Shown here one piece after another: positions 56,639 through 64,000 of a DNA stretch of 64,000 bases. Source of the stretch: the human T2T-CHM13v2.0 reference genome, Homo sapiens. A program made the translations under genes and the position numbers. Position 1 is the first letter of the stretch. Every line of letters starts with the position of its first letter. The notes below the pieces were generated by a model. The model worked only from the letters and a program-made list of their open reading frames with translations, made no database searches and was not told where the DNA came from. The stretch is from NCBI RefSeq assembly GCF_009914755.1, contig NC_060930.1; one strand, written 5' to 3'.

Positions 56639-56928
56639 GAAGATCAGTGACTAGAAAGGTTTTATAGAAAGATTACAATGGAGGTCCCTAGGATTCTAAA
56701 TAAAGGCTTTCTTTGTCATCTACAGTGAAAATGAGTACATAATATGAAAAGCAACATACATCATGCTCTTGGACCCTGGTAGAGATGGACTATCTGACCA
56801 TGGGAGACCACTTAAACACTCATCTGAAATATCCCATCTTGCATTGAGTTTTCTCAGCCTTTCCAAGTAATAAAACTAGGCCCTTTGGCCTCTCTCTGAA
56901 ATTGGATATGATATCAATCATTAGCATA

Positions 56929-57300
56929 TGCTAGGAGATAAATTTTTTTCCCTCAAAATTCGTAAGTTAAGGTCCTAACCCCAATACCTCAGAATGTGAC
57001 TAGATTTAGATATAGGACCTTTAAAGAGGTAATTAGGGTAAAATGAGATCTTATGAGTGGTTCCTAAACCAATATGACTGGTGTCCTGCCAAGAGGAGAT
57101 CGTGACACAGAAACACAGAGAGGGAAGACCATGTGATGGTATCGAGAAGAAGGCATCCATCTCCAAGCCAAGCCAAGGAGAGAGAACCTCAGAATAAATC
57201 AGTTCTGCTGACAATTTGATCTTGGACTAGGACTGCAAGGAAACAAACTTCTGTTGTTTAAGCCACACAGTCGGTGGTATTTAGTAACAACAAATGTATA
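56929..57300 (+). mobile_element. ERVL-MaLR LTR (MLT1A0/MLT1B-like)
   Basis: 'tcctaaccccaatacctcagaatgtgact', 'ccaatatgactggtgtcct', 'ttctgttgtttaagccac'; flanks gcata/gcatg fit a 5-bp TSD. Confidence 0.88.
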
Positions 57301-57604
57301 GCATGAACAGTGGGCATAAGTAAACTGTAAGAGCAGAGTCCAGACCCACATATTGTCCACCATTGTTTAACCATGACCTTCTTTAGCTCACACCTATGTT
57401 TGTATGAGGCAACCTGAACAACAGCTTACAGAGCAGAAACACATCTGATGGCTTTGTTTCTTTGATTTTGTTTGTTTTATGTCCGAAAGAAAACATTTAC
57501 CTCTCCACTATTAGATATTTCACTGTCGTTCATGTAGTTTGGGTTTCTTGAGTAGTCATGTAAAATGTAACTCATATTTAGCTAAAGAAACGCAAATAGA
57601 ATAT

Positions 57605-57800
57605 GAATAAGAGCTTGGTCTTTATAATCAGGTGGACCAGGATCAGGTTAATATCTTGACTCTATCACTTACCACTCTGAAATTCAGTGTCTGCTTTGGT
57701 AGAATTAATAGGAGTAATTATAGTCTCAGGTAGTCATAAGTATGAAATGGGATAATTCATATAAATTGTTCACATATTACTTGACACTTAATGATCATGT
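57605..57800 (+). mobile_element. MIR, diverged
   Basis: 'aagagcttggtcttt', 'actctatcacttaccact', 'gaaatgggataattcatataaa'. Confidence 0.5.
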
Positions 57801-59429
57801 TATCACTCCATATATATGTGTATCACACACATATATACAGACACACAAACACACACATGCTTCTCCTACTTTAAAGCCCAGTTAAAAAAAAAAAAAAACC
57901 TTTCATCTTGTCACTTAAGTTTTATCTAGTGCAATGTTAAAATTAGGCTCAATTTTCTAGCCTGTTAAGAGCTTTTTTACTCCAAATTCTGTCATCTAAC
58001 AAGTTCGCAATTTCTTTCAACTTCATATCAAACTCAAATTTGATGTGTGTCATCTTCGAGAAAATAAATCATTATTTATTAAGCAGGTCTATGGTCATTT
58101 CCTTTTTTAGGTATTGCATATTTTATTATTCAATTTTATTAGATACAGGTTCTACTAATAGGAATCAGAGTTTGATTCCATAAATATATATTTGGCTTCA
58201 TGTTACTTCTCTCATTGTTTATTTTTTCATTTCTTGTTCTCTAGAAATTTCAAGGAGATTTCTCTATTTCTATAGACCAAGTTCCAATTTTAGATATAAA
58301 AAACATTTCATTGAACTCAGAACATTTTCTTCAGCCATAATATACACCACTGTTGGTAATTTTTAAAATACAATCTTACCTTCTAGTTTACCCTTCAAAA
58401 GCCAGATGGCAGAAACATTCTATGAGAAGACAAGGTAATGAAATTAACATTTTTTCTTATGTTTAAACTACCAGGGAAATTTTCCTAGTAACACATAGCT
58501 TTATGATGACATCATTATAGAAAAAATAAATAGCGACATAGGTCAAAAGAATGTCAAGCACGATGAAAGCTACCAAAATAGCCTCTTACATGTCAAAGAT
58601 TTCTGTGCATTTGGTCCCAGCCCTGTCAATCTGTTAAGTTACTGATGCTTCACTGTATGAGGTCAGAGTTATGCTCTCTCACACAGTAATGCCAAATAGC
58701 CCAGAAAAGGTTACAGCATTTACATCACAAAACATTTCCCAAAGGAGTTGATGATTCATGTACAGTTAAGAGGGAATAAATGGGACCTACAATTATTACA
58801 TATTAAGATATTTTTGAACTACTATCTATAACACAGCAAAATTTTATTTTCAAGGAAGAAAAGTCTTAAGGGTTCAAGCAGGTGGGCAGTAGTCGTATTA
58901 AAAGTGTCTGAAGCCTGAAGTGAACCTGCATCTCATGTTGCATCTGCCTTTTATGAAGCATTTATGTTGCAGTAACATTTGCTAGAAGCATCCAGGGATT
59001 TTGTCAATTATTACACAGAAACCAAGAGGAAATCTCTGATTTCTGTGGACTTACGGCATCTTTATCAGATTTCCCTCTGACGCTCATCTAGATGGAAGAA
59101 TATAATTTTTCTTCCTTTCATCAGGACTTAAATCATACATAGTTGGGCCTACCACTAAAAAATTGCAGAAAATAAGATTTTTAACAGTTAATTTTAATAA
59201 TATTAAATGGATTCTGACTTTGTCAATCTGCTGTATAAATTCAAGTGTTCTTAGATTATTGCCTGTTGATTAATCATGATTTTTTCAGATATAAATTGGA
59301 AAAACCTAAATCAAGCCAGTTTCAACAAAAAGGAAACTTCTCGGTAGGAAACTAGAATAGTTCAGAGAATCAAAGGACAATTATCATTGACTAAATGATG
59401 AGAAAGGACATCCAATTCTGACCAAAATA

Positions 59430-60640
59430 AAGTAACAAAGACAAGATTTAATCTCTTATCTGAAAACAAACAACAAAAAAATTGGCAGGTAGATATAGAA
59501 AACAACAGTTTTCAAGGCAATAGGTATCAGGCAACTAAGGACAGTGATTCCTGAGAGCCCTATGATTGCCCCAGATAACTGCCTTAACAGGGTTTCTAGC
59601 TTTTGGTGCAGCCCAAAGGAACTGAGGCAGCACCAGCAGATTCCCTCCATTGAGGAACTGAGAATCTGGAAGAATCAAGCTACTAGAGGTTGCAGGACAG
59701 AGTAATGGAAAGGAGAGAGCTACAAAGAGAAGAGTGTGGAGCATCTGACTTCCATATTTAGCAGAGTACTAATTCTTACATGCATGTAAGAAAACTACCC
59801 GAGTTTGGGAAAGAATCATAGATGATTAAGTTGAACACTGCCTGGCACTCACAAAGGGCCAAGAATAGTGCCTGTTCGCATCAGCTAAAACGGCCTTCTC
59901 ATGAATCATGGCATTGAGCATTCAGAAGAGTCTGGCCTCAGTAATGACAAATAATTAGAACTAAACTAACTGTTTTTATGGTTTCACCTAACAAAACTTA
60001 AAAGCAAGACCCTCAAAATTCGAGCTATTTAAAAATAACTTAACAGAGTTCAAGAATATTTCCAGAGACACAAAAATCTCCATCCCCATTGAGTCAAAAT
60101 TTGTAATGTCTGCTATCCAGTCAATGATTATCAGGATTGCAAAGAAGCAAAAAATAGAACCCATAAGGAGGGCAGAAATCAATCAATCAATCAACACAAA
60201 CTGAACCAAAACTGACACAGATGTTAGAATTAGAGGACAATAATATTAAAACATTTATTATTCCAAACATTAAATGGAAACAGAATTTATATAAAATACG
60301 TAAATAAAACTTTTAGCAAAAAAACTACAATGTCTTTGATTTAAAAAAATACACTGGTTGAGATTATGGCAAATTAGACAATGGAGAAGAAAATATTAGT
60401 GACACTGAAGACACAACAATAGCAATTATTCAAAATGAAACAGAGAAAGGAGTTTAAAAAAAAAGTGAGCTGTGAGGTAATTCTAAACAGCCAAATACAC
60501 ATGTAACTGGATTCCCTGAAGGAAAGGAGAAGCAAGAAAATAAATAGCATTTACATATTTTAAATTTGATGAAAACTTAAATCCAGAGGTCCAAGATGCT
60601 CAGCAATCCCCAAGCATAAAAAATATGAAGACATTATATC
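59430..60640 (+). mobile_element. Old LINE-1 5' region and ORF1 start (L1M-type)
   Basis: 'aggacagtgattcctgagag', 'acacagatgttagaattag', 'gaagaaaatattagtga', 'ccagaggtccaagatgctcagcaatccccaagc'. Confidence 0.7.
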
Positions 60641-60716
60641 CATCTTTTGATTACGTGATTATTATGTGTACTCATGCTATGAACATGCATATGCATGGAC
60701 TTGAATACCTGTTTTC

Positions 60717-61095
60717 ACAAATACATATATTTATAACAGCACTATTAATAATAATCAAAAAGTGAAAATAGCCCAAACGTCCATTAGTGGATGAATAAAT
60801 TGTATTACATACATACAATGGAATATTGTATGTATTCTTCACCTATAAGAAGTAATGAAGTACTGATACATGGATGATCCTCCAAAACATTATATAAGTG
60901 AAAAGCCAGGCATAAAAGGACAAATATTATATGATTCTACCCATATAAAACGCTAGGATAGGCAAGTTCATAGAGACAGAAGTAGTTAGGGTCTACCAGG
61001 GGCTATCAGTGGCATGGGGATTGACTGCTCAATGGATAAGAGGTTTTACTTTATAGTAATGGAAATGTTTTGGAGCTAGATATTTGGTATGATAA
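60717..61095 (+). mobile_element. LINE-1 3' end, L1MB-like
   Basis: 'aatgaagtactgatacatg', 'aaaggacaaatattatatgattc', 'ataggcaagttcatagagacaga', 'ggaaatgttttggagctagat'. Confidence 0.8.
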
Positions 61096-61242
61096 TAACT
61101 CTTTAACCCTAAGTGCCAGGATGCTGCCAGGTTCTCTGGGAGCCTGTATGCTGGCCCATGATATTCATATATGAACTTCTATACTGAGAAGACATTCATA
61201 CATAAAACATGCCAAACTTCTCAGGATGCCAAAAAGATAAAT

Positions 61243-61273
61243 ATATGTATCTGTCTATCTATTTATCTATCTA

Positions 61274-61317
<44 letters not shown>

Positions 61318-61366
61318 CAGATATCTGTCTATGTATCTAGATAGATGCATATAGATAGATAGATAT

Positions 61367-61411
<45 letters not shown>
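61243..61411. repeat. Compound microsatellite (TCTA)n - (TAGA)n - (TA)21
   Basis: TCTA run to about 61317, TAGA units about 61338-61366, perfect (TA)21 at 61370-61411. Confidence 0.97.
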
Positions 61412-61414
<3 letters not shown>

Positions 61415-62802
61415 AAAATTATATAGGCAGCAAAAAAGCAATGATGACTGATGGTGTTCCAGTGACGGAACTTAATAAGGGAGGGGGCAAAGGGCAAACT
61501 ACTTTTCAGAACAAGAATAAAAAACAAAATAGTGGTGAAATAACTATAGAGGTCAGTGCAACAAATGACTCTAAATCTGAATTTTACAGGGAAACTTAAA
61601 GGATACCATGACTACAGATAGCACGACCCAGCTTTGAAGGGAGAGTATTCTGTTGCAGTCCATTGGAAACCAGTAAATCCAACCATTTTGTTATTAGTTA
61701 AACTCACTTTTGGGTTTGAAAGGTAAAAAGTTTGAAAGCTAAAATTATGTTGAAAATTTGCTTAAAATACACAAATTGAGCAACTCCTACCCTTAATAAC
61801 CTCTTGTTTGTGAAGGCAGGCAGGAAGTGCTATGGGAGTAAAAAACCTAAGATGAAATGATAGCACAGTGGGTGGGGCAATATTCATCAATTTTGAAACC
61901 TTCCTCCCAGCCATCAGAAAATAATATAACAATTAAATATCGGTGACCCAGGGCCCCAGTGGGACGAAGGCGAAACTTCCTCAAAGAGTAGCTGTGGACC
62001 AGCTTTTCTAATCTTCTGATTTGGGGTTCCACGCTGAGGACACAGACACTAGTCCACTGATATAAATGAATTGTAACCACTTCAGGATTCCTTTTAAGAA
62101 AAAGGCATATATCTGCTAGGCCGTGCATGAATTCCTGATACATGTTCCACAGTCACAGGGGATCCTAACTGTGATGACAATGTTGAACAGATGAGTGGTA
62201 AGTAAGGTAGAAGCAACTCTAGAAGCAGAATTGTCACCCACAAAGTAAAAGCATGCAAGCCACCCTAGATCTAGGCTCTTTGTGTGATTTCTGCAATACT
62301 TGACTGATACTATTTGACCTTAGGAAATAAAGTCCCCAGCTCCGAAAAAACATTAGGTGTTCCAACTAAAAGACTATATTTTCCTCCCACGTGACTGCTT
62401 AGAATGGTATTGAACTTTGGAAAAGACTATAAAATTTTCACATAGGGTGAGTGGAAGGGAGCATACTGACTGGGCTTGAACTGGGACTTAGAGATGATGG
62501 CATACATCCGCTCTAGAGATAGAGCAGCAGCCCTCCCTATCCTTAGAGTCATGTGAGTGTGTGTGTGTGTGCGAGTTTGCATATAAGTGAGTCAAGCACA
62601 CTTAAATGTTACAGAAAGCACATAGAAAAATTGAAGCACACACAGACACTTAAATGTTACAGAATGTTCAAAGGGCTCCTAACTGTCCCAGAATGCTTGC
62701 ATATGTTATACAGATGTCCAGGCACATTCTCTGTTTTACACATGAGCCAAGGGGTACATGGAAAAAAATTCATGCATTCATTCTACAATTCAATAAAGTC
62801 TC

Positions 62803-63192
62803 TGCTATAGACTAAACAGTTCTCCACCAAAATTTGTATGTTGAAGCCTTAACTTCAGTGTGACTGTATTTGGAGAAAGGGATTTTAGGAGCTAATTATG
62901 GTTCAATGAGATCACAGGGGTGGAATACTAATCTGACAGGATTCAAGGCCTTATAAAAAAAGGAAAAGAGAAAGACTTCAAGTTCTCATGCACACACCAA
63001 GAAAAGACCATGTGAGCACACAGAAAGAAAGTGTCCGTCTGCAAGCTAGAAAGACTGCCCTCACTAGAACCTGACCATGCTGGCACTTTTATCTTAGACT
63101 CTAGCCTCCAAAACTCTGAGAAAATAAATTTCTATTGTCTAAGTCACCCAGTTGATGGTACTTTGTTATCACAGTACAAGGAGACTAAGACA
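62803..63192 (+). mobile_element. ERVL-MaLR LTR (MLT1A-like)
   Basis: tgctatagact...gactaagaca; 'gtgtgactgtatttggaga', 'agaacctgaccatgctggcac', 'gagaaaataaatttct'. Confidence 0.88.
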
Positions 63193-63785
63193 GTCCATGT
63201 CTTCAACAAGCTTACATTCTAGAAATAAAGGGAATGGAATAGTCCAGTGCATCACTAAATCCAAGTATAATATGCCACATGGCCATAAATGCTACAAAGA
63301 AAACTACAGCAAAGAAAAGGGGGAATAAAAAATAATGGAGAATGTTATTTCATAAAATATTAAAAAATTACCTTTTTAAAATAAAATGTAAACTAAGTGA
63401 GAGGCAAAAAGAAAAAAAGAATGGAAAAGAGCATGGAAAAAGTTATGCTGCTATCTAAGGCAGAATGTTTCAGAAAAGGACCACATACACAAATGCCCTG
63501 AAGGGAGAGCATGGCAGTGGTTTTAAGGACAGCAGAGAGGCTAGGGTGCCTGTAGCAAAGTGGGAGACAGGAGGAATGACAAGAGATATGCTCTATAGTC
63601 CCAATCACCAAGGGCCTTGCAAGACATAGTTAGCACTTTGAATTTTACCTGAATGAGATGGGAAGTTTTTGGAGGAATTACTTGATCTGACTTGAATTTT
63701 AAATTATTCCATAACTTCTTTATAGGAAATGGACAGTAGAGAGGTAAAAATTAAGGAAGGAAAGGTGGTTAAAATGCTATTAAAG
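63193..63785 (-). mobile_element. LINE-2 fragment (starts about 62765, split by MLT1A)
   Basis: 'aagcttacattctag', 'aatgccctgaagggagagcatg', 'agggccttgcaag', 'gaatgagatgggaag', 'tgatctgacttg'. Confidence 0.7.
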
Positions 63786-64000
63786 AGTAATATCACCAAC
63801 ATAGCCAAGTACAGTTGGCTGGCAATCATCTTCCCCCAAAAAAGGAACAAAACAGCTATAGGGAAATGAGGGAATAAACAACTGTATTTTGGCTAGAATG
63901 ACTGAGCAAGTATGCTGAGGAGCACCAAGGGAGTGGTGAAATCCTGATGGAACGTAAAAGCCCAGGATAGCACCATAGAGAGAGGAGTAAGGTATCCTGC
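63785..64000 (+). mobile_element. Possible 5' end of an old LINE-1 running off the window
   Basis: 'aagagtaatatcaccaacatagccaagta' resembles L1M 5' starts (gtgacatcagcaagatggc); weak. Confidence 0.35.

Larger units (their letters stand above)
54640..57440 (+). mobile_element. ERVL internal region (ERV3-16A3/ERVL-E-like gag-pol remnants), interrupted by Alu and MLT1A
   Basis: 55680-56000 is decayed ERVL RT ('gctattgatttgg' = AIDL, 'tttgcattcacgtggaagggg' = FAFTWKG, 'ttgatccatcacatt' resembling LVHYI); ORF 56199 'ASFEWDLEQE...LPLGSCDPA' resembles ERVL pol ASFEWGPEQE...LPLGPYDPA. Confidence 0.8.

Overview
AT-rich primate (human or great-ape-like) genomic DNA, intronic or intergenic in character. 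I recognise no host protein-coding gene, tRNA/rRNA gene or CRISPR array. Much of the window is transposon-derived: a near full-length, inactivated L1PA3/PA4-type LINE-1 (32197-38365, minus strand, 12-bp TSD), several older L1M/L1PA fragments, eight Alus, a MER52-type solo LTR, an LTR33 plus decayed ERVL internal region, MaLR LTRs, an LTR16-type LTR, MER20, MADE1, MIR/L2 relics and microsatellites. The long ORFs with recognisable homology are L1 ORF1/ORF2 pieces; the rest of the ORF track looks like repeat-derived or chance ORFs. Signals not explained by common repeats: (1) three back-to-back inverted repeats at 40717-40865; (2) minus-strand exon-like segments (26690-26780, 23923-24104, plus a donor at 43226) that would splice in frame into a 73-74 aa micro-ORF; (3) a 17-bp duplication inside the ZNF93-target segment of the L1 5'UTR; (4) a closely spaced inverted Alu pair. 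Repeat subfamily names come from recalled consensus features, not a database search, and boundaries of old repeats are approximate. Nothing here establishes a new biological system; the findings are testable candidates.
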